Shown here: piece by piece, positions 36,101 through 43,992 of the stretch
Layout: each line of letters starts with the position of its first letter
How positions within the stretch are numbered: position 1 is the stretch's first letter
NCBI GenBank assembly: GCA_022181065.1
Contig: BQMY01000080.1
Location: 22,849 to 86,848, forward strand
DNA length: 64,000 nt
Reading direction: 5' to 3'
Origin: Melioribacteraceae bacterium
GTDB lineage: Bacteria; Bacteroidota; Ignavibacteria; Ignavibacteriales; Melioribacteraceae
Notes under the pieces: generated by a model
Told to the model about the DNA's origin: nothing
Database searches by the model: none
What the model saw: only the letters and a program-made list of their open reading frames with translations
Made by a program: the position numbers and the translations under genes

Positions 36101-37181
36101 TTTCTCCGGAGAAGGGATTCAGACAAACAAGATTAAACTCATCCGGTGTTCCATCGCCATCGGCATCTTCCCCACAACGGAATGAAGTAATTATTTGCTC
36201 CACACCCGGGAAATCAAAGCTCCCTGTCTCAACCAATGAGGGAAGTTTAGTGAACGGAAGATCAGCAAACTGTTCAAGCTCATATGTGATTTCACTTCCG
36301 TTGTAGAAGTCCAGAGTTGTGATAAAAAATGAAGCGTTTTTCTCAAGCATTATTGATAGCAGATCGCGCGGATCAGAACTAAAATTTCCGGTGACGGCGA
36401 TAAAATTATCAACGTTAGTTTCTTTAAGCGAGGATGGGGTAACATCAGAAATTTGCTCTGAATTACCATCATAAAGATAAATGCTGAGTTCTTTATAAGA
36501 AGGGTTGTCGGCAGTTTTCGCCCCGGATATCAAAGCAAGATCATCGTACTGATCACCATTATAATCAAAGTTTATCAACTGAATATTTTGTGAATTATCC
36601 AATTCTGTATTTATCACTTCTTTGAATAACTCATTTCCCACCCTGTTAAAAATTGTGATCCGTGGAGAGATAGCTACACTGTTATTGTCATTCTCAATGA
36701 AAGTTGTTACGCAAAGTTCTTTGATACCGTCGCCGGTAAAATCAGAAATGTTCAGTAAAACAGGAGGTAGCGATTCATGTATTAAACTCATCCAGGTTTT
36801 CTCATACAGGATTTCGCCATCATCACCTTTGTAAACTATCAGGTGCATTTCCACTTCACCCTGAGCGATATTGGAAGAATAGGAAACAGAAGCTATATCA
36901 TCAAAGCCGTCGCCGTTAAGATCGCCGATTTCAATTTCAGCGGGAAAATATTGTGAGGAGTTATTTTCAAGTGAATAGAGTTGGTTATAAACGCCTTCGG
37001 TGGTATCAATTGTTTTTCTGCCGGTCACCCGATGGTTTGAAAAATCGGGATATCCATCCTCGTTTAGATCATAGCCACCCATTCTCAGTTCCAGCAAGGC
37101 TGATGTACCGAGTCCTGACTCAAATACTTGTCCGAATAAAATTACCGAACAAATAAAATATATAGTAAAAATAAGTTTCAT
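33168..37181 (-). CDS. T9SS-secreted FG-GAP/VCBS-repeat protein with heparinase II/III-like polysaccharide lyase domain
   Basis: I prefer ATG at 37181 (MKLIFTIYFICSVILFGQ signal). The N-terminal ~480 aa carry D.(N/D)GDG.(D/P)D calcium-type repeats. The central region has the heparinase II/III-like signature NSRHGHADLLSVDL. The C-terminus is a T9SS CTD (YQNYPNPFN...GIYFYTL). Confidence 0.65.
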   Translation of the reverse strand: MKLIFTIYFICSVILFGQVFESGLGTSALLELRMGGYDLNEDGYPDFSNHRVTGRKTIDTTEGVYNQLYSLENNSSQYFPAEIEIGDLNGDGFDDIASVSYSSNIAQGEVEMHLIVYKGDDGEILYEKTWMSLIHESLPPVLLNISDFTGDGIKELCVTTFIENDNNSVAISPRITIFNRVGNELFKEVINTELDNSQNIQLINFDYNGDQYDDLALISGAKTADNPSYKELSIYLYDGNSEQISDVTPSSLKETNVDNFIAVTGNFSSDPRDLLSIMLEKNASFFITTLDFYNGSEITYELEQFADLPFTKLPSLVETGSFDFPGVEQIITSFRCGEDADGDGTPDEFNLVCLNPFSGEKKFGITNPQAGEYFFSQFLITDDYNNDGRDEIIHILRAGPDENNDGIGDGSVIQVINNDGSDLYSVSTASLGLPSDSAKDGIYSVTEGNFSSLTSEIAFLIHSGVDYNGDGVGDGYTRAIFNPLYKKISHFTQNLQAQKYEKPTKIYSITNNFSDKYFLRQIDFSDPLLGTTKDFFLARNYQSAMNSFFHYYMKKRKHPVDYSSQEYYFIDQRDQMIDRLTKFSTAVTMEVPGFQFYSNIYDEASAGALRLGRIASSFSERFYDRKNIDQATLIYSLKSILSHLRWLDRPENYTPGNNHALLFEIKEYFMALGHIKEFKQFKIEDDFSFQKSMEIKISDQLHHIFDDGIHDEHSITYSFLIANACDRMLNFIFENQFFNLSDNLVLNLLDKVEKQYRYFLYAVKPIELNTANGMMQIRPDIPVYGDSESKIVGKWYGKLSRGTSYSLLDEPIKSGYTDNWKDPLLILNLDFAANSNITQKGKAPEQISRFFPIGGYFVSRSNWTKFYNRDMYDISARYMHFKAGDIVPRGGVYDGYTTNSRHGHADLLSVDLAGHNKNIVVDPGGYVNPSMTEVLDTFIPTYYQFLYENPPPEDKFEMVRSYFKSTAAHNTVNINRGQAIYKSNWRWFDLNSIFSHSTDYFTGVNFDYIKAGYSKIDSKGEYSHVRTVLYNKPTGESGVIGDYWIFVDKLDFTNYSGVINAEQIWHISPEQEQQSLASDGKFTADNFIMTPLKFNDDYRVFPSVLPGYTMTYWDLNYSRIIKYKALMDDNLFTFVTLILPFDENEKISDVSFSPVQLYDMAGALVDAFNGTGMKVKFTLAGGEVIEDYVSINDNIENFVWKPEFSNNIINSSNKVDFFRLVDGTIYLSDSITADSISTKSVSESPQNFELYQNYPNPFNIETTITVNIHLEENYKIEVYDILGRKIKTLVDNYLTAGEYNFRWNGRDSDGNIVASGIYFYTLNTSSKILSKKMVLLK

Positions 37182-37305
37182 TCGTTGATGACTCAGAAGG
37201 TGCAAGGCGAGTAGAAAGATAACTGGTGAACCTCATATTGTCAATTAAATTAATTTAAAGAGGCTCACCTTTTGTTAGGAACTGAATAAATAATAAATCT
37301 AAAAA

Positions 37306-38682
37306 CTAATCCGGTTCACCCTCTTTCGGTGTTTTTGTAGGTATGTTCAACTCTTCCATTTTTCTGTAGAGGGAGGATAAACCGATATTTAGCGCTTTGG
37401 CAGCGGTATCTTTATTGTAGTTGTATTTTTTGATTGTTTTGAGGATATGTTCGCGCTCAAAAGATTTCAACGCGTCTTTAAGCGAATCGGGGTATCCAGC
37501 TTGTCCGGTACTTCCCTGAACATGCTCGGACAGATCATGGATAGTGATGATATCTTCAATAGTGAAGATGACAGCCCGCTCAATAATATTTTCAAGTTCA
37601 CGTACACCACCGCGCCACTCGTGTCCCATAAGAGCGCGCATCGCTTCATTGTTCACTCCAAGGAGTTTTCTCCCCATTTCATTACAATATTTTTCAACAA
37701 AATGGTTGACCAGTAAAGGTATATCTTCACTTCTTTCACTTAACGCGGGGAGTTTTATCTCAACCACATTAAGTCTGTAATAAAGGTCCTCGCGGAACTC
37801 ACCCTCCTTGGCTTTCTCGAAGATATTTTGGTTGGTGGCGGCAATAATTCTCACATCCGTTTTTACAGGTTTGGTACCACCTACAGGAATAAATGCTTTA
37901 TCCTCAAGAGCGCGTAGCAGTTTAACCTGCAGATTTAGAGGCAGGTCGCCTATTTCATCAAGGAATAGAGTTCCACCTTCAGCGACTTTGAACAAACCCT
38001 GTTTATCTTCAGTAGCGCCTGTAAAGGAGCCTCTTTTATGCCCAAAAAGTTCGGATTCGATTAAGTTTTCGGAAATAGCGCCACAGTTAACCGGTAAAAA
38101 GAGTTCATCTTTTCTTTTACTTTTTGCGTGAATTGCTCGTGCGACAAGCTCTTTACCGGTGCCGCTTTTACCCTGAATCAATACATTACTGTTTGTTGTC
38201 GCAACCCGCTCAATAAGGGTGAATATTTTTTTCATTGCCGCGCTTTTACCGATGATTTTATCAAACCCCTCCCCGGTTGAAACACGCTGACGCAGAACTT
38301 TATTTTCAAGAGAAAGTTTTTTATAATCGGCAAGTCGTTTAACTCTTAGTACCAAATCATCAAATTCTACCGGTTTGATAAGATAATCGTAAGCACCCTG
38401 TCGCAACGCGTCGATTGCTGTCTCAACGGAAGCATATGCCGTCATAATCACAAAAAAGGTATCGGGGGAGACTTTTGCTGTTTCTTTCAATAGCTGGATA
38501 CCATCCATTCTTGGCATTTTTATATCGGAAATAACAATATCGTAATCGACATTTTTAATTTTGAGCAGCGCCTCTTCACCATCGGCAGCCGAATCACATT
38601 CATAACCTTCATCTTCAAGAATCAGTTTAAGTGAATCTCTGATTGCTTTTTCATCGTCAGCTACCAATACTCTATTAATCAT
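37306..38682 (-). CDS. sigma-54-dependent response regulator (REC + AAA+ + Fis-type HTH)
   Basis: REC domain (DDEKAIRD..SDIKMP), Walker A GKSGTGKE, a GSFTGA loop (GAFTGA variant), ESELFGH, and a C-terminal HTH. Confidence 0.9.
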   Translation of the reverse strand: MINRVLVADDEKAIRDSLKLILEDEGYECDSAADGEEALLKIKNVDYDIVISDIKMPRMDGIQLLKETAKVSPDTFFVIMTAYASVETAIDALRQGAYDYLIKPVEFDDLVLRVKRLADYKKLSLENKVLRQRVSTGEGFDKIIGKSAAMKKIFTLIERVATTNSNVLIQGKSGTGKELVARAIHAKSKRKDELFLPVNCGAISENLIESELFGHKRGSFTGATEDKQGLFKVAEGGTLFLDEIGDLPLNLQVKLLRALEDKAFIPVGGTKPVKTDVRIIAATNQNIFEKAKEGEFREDLYYRLNVVEIKLPALSERSEDIPLLVNHFVEKYCNEMGRKLLGVNNEAMRALMGHEWRGGVRELENIIERAVIFTIEDIITIHDLSEHVQGSTGQAGYPDSLKDALKSFEREHILKTIKKYNYNKDTAAKALNIGLSSLYRKMEELNIPTKTPKEGEPD

Positions 38683-38699
38683 TTTATAGAATCCTTACT

Positions 38700-40205
38700 T
38701 TAATCCAGGTTTTCAACTATCGGGAGTTTCACTATAAAAATACTCCCTTTACCGAGTGTACTCTCTACAAGTATATCACCCTTGAAATTTTTAATAATTC
38801 CGTAACTTACCGAAAGCCCCAATCCGGTGCCCTTGCCTACATCCTTGGTAGTAAAAAAGGGATCAAAAATGTTTGCCATCGTGCTTTCAGACATTCCGCA
38901 ACCGTTATCTTCGAGATTTATGAAAACATAATCATTTTTGGTATATGAAGAAACCTTAATATCACCTGTACCGTCAATCGCGTCGAGGGCATTGAGCAAA
39001 ATATTTACAAAAACCTGCAATATCTGGTCAGGAACCAAATTCAATAACGGAAGTGACGGATTGAGATTTGTCTCGAATCTAACATCTTTTACCCGCTTGT
39101 CGTATTTCACAATTCCGAGAGCAGTCTTGATTACATCGGTTATCTGGATAAACATTTTCTCGTGTGAAGGTGGTCGGGAAAAATCGACAAGTTCCCTTAC
39201 GATTTTGGATATCCGGTCAATGTTTTCTTTAACATTGGTAAGCTGTTCCCGCGTAAAACTTTCATTTGTTTTTCTTTGCAATATTTGAACAATCGCGGAT
39301 ATAGACGCCAAAGGATTACCAATTTCGTGAGCTACTCCGGCAGCGAGCTTTCCGATTACCGCGAGTTTTTCCGACTGGTCAACCTGCTGCTGCAATTTCT
39401 TTACTTCTGTAAAATCTTTGATGATCACCGATCTTCCGGTATATTCGCCCGTTCCGCTGGGGAGTTGAAAAACATTAAGCGTAACTGATACGGTTTTACC
39501 TTCTTTTGTTGTTCTTTCAGTTTCGGTGAGTTTAATAAACCCGCTATCCCTTACTTCTTTCTGGATATGCTGAAGCTCATCGGTATATTTTGAGCCTGAA
39601 GGAAGAAGGAGGGATGAGGGTTTCCCCAATACTTCCTCTTCGGTATAACCAAAAATTTTCTCGGCACCTTTGTTCCATGAAATAAAGTTTTCGTTTCTAT
39701 CAATCACCAAAATAGCGGCATCGGAAGAATGCAGGATATTACTCAAATATTCCTGATTAACATCAAGTTTTGCCGCGAGTCTGTTTCTGTCACTTTCAAG
39801 TTCTTTCATCTGGGCTTCCTGATGAAGAACGCCATAACGCGCGTAAACCTGCTCAATTATTTCATCAATAAAACCGAGAATTATTACGGGATCGTATTTG
39901 TGTGAGTGATCTTCCTCCAGGAAATGCAAGATTGAGTATCGCCCGATGCTGAAAAGCTGACTAATCTCAAGCAAATTTGCTTCAACTTTCTGGAACAGAT
40001 TATAATTGTCAATAAGGTACTGGTCTGCTACTGAATAATCCCCCGATTCAATTACATCTATTATTATATTAATACTACTGTCAGCAAAAGTAAAAGCCTG
40101 CGATTCAGTAAATTTATCGGGATAGGATTGAAGGATTTTTTCCTTCCATCCTGTAGTAATTTCTTCAAAATATTTAAGTAAGAGAGCGAGAATTATTTTT
40201 TTCAT
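38700..40205 (-). CDS. PAS-domain sensor histidine kinase (NtrB-like)
   Basis: PAS domain ([23 protein letters not shown]), H-box AHEIGNPL, and N/G boxes (LLNALDA, DNGCGM, GTGLGL). I prefer ATG at 40205. Confidence 0.85.
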   Translation of the reverse strand: MKKIILALLLKYFEEITTGWKEKILQSYPDKFTESQAFTFADSSINIIIDVIESGDYSVADQYLIDNYNLFQKVEANLLEISQLFSIGRYSILHFLEEDHSHKYDPVIILGFIDEIIEQVYARYGVLHQEAQMKELESDRNRLAAKLDVNQEYLSNILHSSDAAILVIDRNENFISWNKGAEKIFGYTEEEVLGKPSSLLLPSGSKYTDELQHIQKEVRDSGFIKLTETERTTKEGKTVSVTLNVFQLPSGTGEYTGRSVIIKDFTEVKKLQQQVDQSEKLAVIGKLAAGVAHEIGNPLASISAIVQILQRKTNESFTREQLTNVKENIDRISKIVRELVDFSRPPSHEKMFIQITDVIKTALGIVKYDKRVKDVRFETNLNPSLPLLNLVPDQILQVFVNILLNALDAIDGTGDIKVSSYTKNDYVFINLEDNGCGMSESTMANIFDPFFTTKDVGKGTGLGLSVSYGIIKNFKGDILVESTLGKGSIFIVKLPIVENLD

Positions 40206-40206
40206 A

Positions 40207-41370
40207 CTAAATAAACACTTTCGCGACATCCAATAGAAGAGACGGGTTTTTCAAAAGAGCAGAACGAAATACCTTTCCCAGAGTGCGCTCATTTTCCGGT
40301 ATTTTTACCACAGCAGATGCTATGCTGTTGAATTTTTCATCAGAGAAATTGTATATGCCATCCTTAATCCTGTCAAACGTTTCGTGGCGTTTACCGAGTC
40401 TGTCATGCCATGCCTTGTCATAAGTTAACAGGTGATCGGGCTTATTCAATTTTATTGTTTCCCCCGCGATTCTGCCGCCGATACTTCCCCCAATCATACC
40501 GCTGGCAATGCCTCCTCCCGATAAAGGATTGACCTGACGGGCAGCGTCACCAACAAGAATTATCCCGGGAGCTGAAATTTTATCAAGGGTAACAACAGAT
40601 GGTACGCCTCCTGCAATTCGTGTAAGAACGGGTGCTTCCGGATAGTTCTTTTCCATAAAATGATCGAGGAATGATTTCGCGCTTCTTTTTCTTCCAATCA
40701 TACCACTCACACCCAGACCAATATTCGCTGTGTTATCTCCTTTGGGAAATATCCAGAAATAACCCTGGGGCGCGTATTCTTCCCCAAAATAGAAGTAGCA
40801 AGTATCCTGCGATACATCAATGTTCGCGGCGGTGATTTGGGTACAACACTCCATATCCCGGAAATCAACATAAGTTTTTAACCCTGCCCACCTGCCAACA
40901 CGCGATTCAACTCCGTCAGCGGCTACCACAACTTTGGCTCTAACTTCGTGCTGTTCACCTTCGTATTCGTACTTAACACCTTTTACAGCGTCATTTTCTA
41001 TAATTAAACCATTTACGTATGCACGGGTTAATATTACCGCTCCTTCCGCCGCCGCTGATTTTGCCAGTTCATAATCAAAAATACGTCTCTCCAGAATATA
41101 ACCCGGCTCCGGCAGAGGTAGATTAACGAGTGTATCATCCGGCGCAACGAATGCAAAATTGTTAATAGTTGAAGCGATAAATTTAGGATCTGATTCAATA
41201 AACTCTTCAATACCGGCTTTGCTTACTGCTTCACCGCACCTTACAGGATAGCCAACATCACGGTCTTTTTCGAGCATCAAAACGGAAACACCCTGTCGGG
41301 CAGCATATCGGGCAGCCATCGAGCCTGCCGGACCTGCACCCACTACAACAACATCGTAACTATTTTTCAT
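40207..41370 (-). CDS. geranylgeranyl-reductase-family FAD-dependent oxidoreductase
   Basis: YDVVVVGAGPAGSMAA dinucleotide fold, RCGEAV, and the LVGDAARQVNPLSGGGI motif typical of the GGR family. I prefer the ATG giving MKNSYD. Confidence 0.75.
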   Translation of the reverse strand: MKNSYDVVVVGAGPAGSMAARYAARQGVSVLMLEKDRDVGYPVRCGEAVSKAGIEEFIESDPKFIASTINNFAFVAPDDTLVNLPLPEPGYILERRIFDYELAKSAAAEGAVILTRAYVNGLIIENDAVKGVKYEYEGEQHEVRAKVVVAADGVESRVGRWAGLKTYVDFRDMECCTQITAANIDVSQDTCYFYFGEEYAPQGYFWIFPKGDNTANIGLGVSGMIGRKRSAKSFLDHFMEKNYPEAPVLTRIAGGVPSVVTLDKISAPGIILVGDAARQVNPLSGGGIASGMIGGSIGGRIAGETIKLNKPDHLLTYDKAWHDRLGKRHETFDRIKDGIYNFSDEKFNSIASAVVKIPENERTLGKVFRSALLKNPSLLLDVAKVFI

Positions 41371-41572
41371 CTTTACCCGCCTTACCGACACCGTTCCGAT
41401 TAAATTTAATTACTTCAATCGGGCATGCCCAAATACATTTCGAACAATTAGTACAGAGGTCTTCGATAATATTGATTTCAGCTTCTTTCAATTCGATAGC
41501 GTCTTCCGGGCAAATTCCGACACAACATCCGCAAAAATCGCATTTATCCGGCAGTATTTCTATCATTAACAA
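41360..41572 (-). CDS. 2x[4Fe-4S] ferredoxin
   Basis: CDFCGCCVGICP and CTNCSKCIWACP cluster motifs in 70 aa. It overlaps the reductase gene start. Confidence 0.85.
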   Translation of the reverse strand: MLMIEILPDKCDFCGCCVGICPEDAIELKEAEINIIEDLCTNCSKCIWACPIEVIKFNRNGVGKAGKDEK

Positions 41573-41778
41573 GGGTACTGTCCTTTCTTAAATTTGAGAA
41601 TTGTAAAATAAATAAAGCGTAGTATAATTAAAAGACATAAATAGGTAATTGAATAAAAAGAGTAGTTATCAGATTGATATATGGGGTGAGTATAGTAAAT
41701 AAAAATGTATATAAACGCAAAAATATAAGATTAATCTTAAGTATTTAATTTTGAATAACTAATAAATACCGAAATTGC

Positions 41779-41807
41779 TTGCTTACTGGAACAATTTAGT
41801 TTATATT
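41779..41807 (+). promoter_or_regulatory. candidate sigma-70 promoter for the cold-shock gene
   Basis: TTGCTT (41779-41784), a 17-nt spacer, then TATATT (41802-41807). This would give a leader of about 130 nt. Confidence 0.35.
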
Positions 41808-41943
41808 TCTCACAGCCTTTAATGGCTAATGTTATAATTAGTATTAATTGATCAGCAACAAAAGAATTTTTACAAGTTTTACCTTGGAATTTTTTTGCTC
41901 TGTTCAATTTGTTTTAAAAATATTTACTAGGAGTATCTGTTAC

Positions 41944-42156
41944 ATGGCAGAGCGAAAACAAGGAACCGTAAAATGGTTCGATAGTGCCAAAGGGTACGGC
42001 TTTATCCGTCAGAATGATGGCGAAGATGTGTTTGTTCACTACCAGTCAATTCTTGGCGATGGTTTCAAAAAACTTGAAGAAGGTCAGAAAGTTGAATTTG
42101 AAATCGGTGAAGGTCAAAAAGGTCCTCAAGCAAAAGATGTAGAAATTGTTGCTTAA
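41944..42156 (+). CDS. cspA: cold-shock protein (CspA family)
   Basis: [15 protein letters not shown] (RNP1) and DVFVHYQSI (RNP2). The track's upstream extension from 41848 is not Csp-like. AGGAG lies 10 nt before ATG 41944. Confidence 0.95.
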   Translation: MAERKQGTVKWFDSAKGYGFIRQNDGEDVFVHYQSILGDGFKKLEEGQKVEFEIGEGQKGPQAKDVEIVA

Positions 42157-42182
42157 TCCGTGACATAAGTTTTTTGCACTAT

Positions 42183-42217
42183 AAAAGAGCCTCATTATTT
42201 GAGGCTCTTTTTTTTGT
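42183..42217 (+). terminator. rho-independent terminator
   Basis: agagcctca-ttatt-tgaggctct followed by a T-run. Confidence 0.85.
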
Positions 42218-42291
42218 TTAAATCGTTTAAACCTCACTTCCCCTTTGTTTGTCTTATTAGTAATCAATCGATAAAACAGCAAGGGGACAAC

Positions 42292-43794
42292 ATGAAAAAG
42301 TACGGTGTAATTATCGGACTTTTATTTTTGCAATCATCTGTATGCGCGCAAAATAATTATCCGGTAGTCGATACACGTCAGACCGTCTGTTTCGATTCCA
42401 CATCCGAAATTTCCGTTCCCGCTCCCGGAGAAAGATTTTACGGGCAGGACGCTCAATTCACCGGAAACCAACCTTCTTACTCGGAAAATGAAACCGGGAT
42501 CATAACCGATAATGTAACGGGTTTAATGTGGCAGAAAGACCTGCTCGACCTCAAATACACCTACGATGATATGTTTTCAGTCGCGGACACTTTCTCACTT
42601 GGCGGGTATGATGATTGGCGAATTCCGACGATAAAAGAACTTTACAGCCTTATCCTTTTTGATGGCAAGACCGGAATGTCAGCTGCTGAGTCGATCCCGT
42701 ATCTCGATACAGATTATTTCGAATTCCGTTTTGGTGATGAATACAATTCATCCGACAGATTTATCGATGCCCAATATGCAACAACATCCGTATATGTATC
42801 AACAACAATGAATAATGAACCGACCGTATTTGGTGTGAACTTTGCCGATGGCAGGATTAAGGGGTACCCTCAATCGAAAGAATTTGAAATTAAACTTGTT
42901 CGTGGCAACGTAAATTATGGCATGAATAATTTTGTTGACAACGGCAACGGCACGATAACAGATTTGGCAACTTCGCTGATGTGGGATCAGCATGGAACGA
43001 CGGAGGGTAAGTCCTGGGAGGAAGCATTAGCTTGGGTGCAGGAGTTGAACTCAAACAGCTATCTTGGGTATAACGATTGGCGATTACCTAACGCGAAAGA
43101 ATTACAAAGTTTGCTCGATTATTCAGTTTCACCAATAACCGATGGTGTTCCCGCGATAAACAGTCTGTTCAATATTCCTCAAATAACTGTCGAGGATGGG
43201 ACTTCAGATTACCCATTTTACTGGACAAGCACTACCCATGAGGATGGACCCACCGCCCAGAAAGCAGTTTATATATGCTTTGGAACGGCATACGGTTTTA
43301 TGGAAATGCCGCCAATGTCAGGCAATTACACATTTATGGATGTTCATGGTGCAGGCGCACAGAGAAGCGATCCCAAAACAGGTGACCCGGATGATTACCC
43401 CAACGGGTTTGGTCCTCAGGGTGATGTTATCAGAATATATAATTATGCGCGCGCAGTAAGAGATTATGATACCCAAACCGGAGTAAATGATACAGAGGAG
43501 GATCAGCTTGCACCGGACAACTATTCTTTGGGCCAAAACTACCCTAATCCGTTTAACCCTTCAACGACTATAAGCTTTTCACTTTCGGCTGATAGTGATG
43601 TGAACTTGAGACTTTATGATACTCTCGGTAGAGAGGTAGAAGAATTTGTCTCTTCCCATTTTGCGGCGGGAACTCATATGGTAACATTTAACGCCAGAGG
43701 TTTGAGCTCGGGTATTTACATCTACCAAATAAACGCGCAAGGTGTGGACGGAAGCAATTTCGTTGACACAAGGAAAATGATGTTGATGAAATAA
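42292..43794 (+). CDS. T9SS-secreted DUF1566 (Lcl C-terminal-like) domain protein
   Basis: I prefer ATG at 42292 (MKKYGVIIGLLFLQSSVCAQ). Two DUF1566-type motifs are present (DWRIPTIKELYSL, DWRLPNAKELQSL). C-terminal T9SS CTD is GQNYPNPFNPSTTI...GIYIYQI. Confidence 0.7.
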   Translation: MKKYGVIIGLLFLQSSVCAQNNYPVVDTRQTVCFDSTSEISVPAPGERFYGQDAQFTGNQPSYSENETGIITDNVTGLMWQKDLLDLKYTYDDMFSVADTFSLGGYDDWRIPTIKELYSLILFDGKTGMSAAESIPYLDTDYFEFRFGDEYNSSDRFIDAQYATTSVYVSTTMNNEPTVFGVNFADGRIKGYPQSKEFEIKLVRGNVNYGMNNFVDNGNGTITDLATSLMWDQHGTTEGKSWEEALAWVQELNSNSYLGYNDWRLPNAKELQSLLDYSVSPITDGVPAINSLFNIPQITVEDGTSDYPFYWTSTTHEDGPTAQKAVYICFGTAYGFMEMPPMSGNYTFMDVHGAGAQRSDPKTGDPDDYPNGFGPQGDVIRIYNYARAVRDYDTQTGVNDTEEDQLAPDNYSLGQNYPNPFNPSTTISFSLSADSDVNLRLYDTLGREVEEFVSSHFAAGTHMVTFNARGLSSGIYIYQINAQGVDGSNFVDTRKMMLMK

Positions 43795-43992
43795 AATGAT
43801 GTATCATACAAAGTACCGAGTGAATAGACGCAAAACGCAGATGCATCCTGAATGCCACCTATCCTTCAGCATTAAAAGGAAGCGGAAATAGCTGTAAGAA
43901 TAAGGTGAGTGTTTTTGACAAATTTTCCTTTTTAAAAATGAATCATTGAATCAGGTATAAAATAAATTGTTTCAACAACTGGAAGGAGTTAA

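Noticed and set aside
41848-41943. N-terminal extension of the cold-shock ORF given in the track
   Set aside because: The extra 32 residues are not Csp-like. A canonical 70-aa Csp starts at ATG 41944 with AGGAG upstream.
42199-42291. Upstream extension of the DUF1566 ORF
   Set aside because: The extension overlaps the csp terminator hairpin. The internal MKKYGVIIGLLFLQSSVCAQ is a proper signal peptide.
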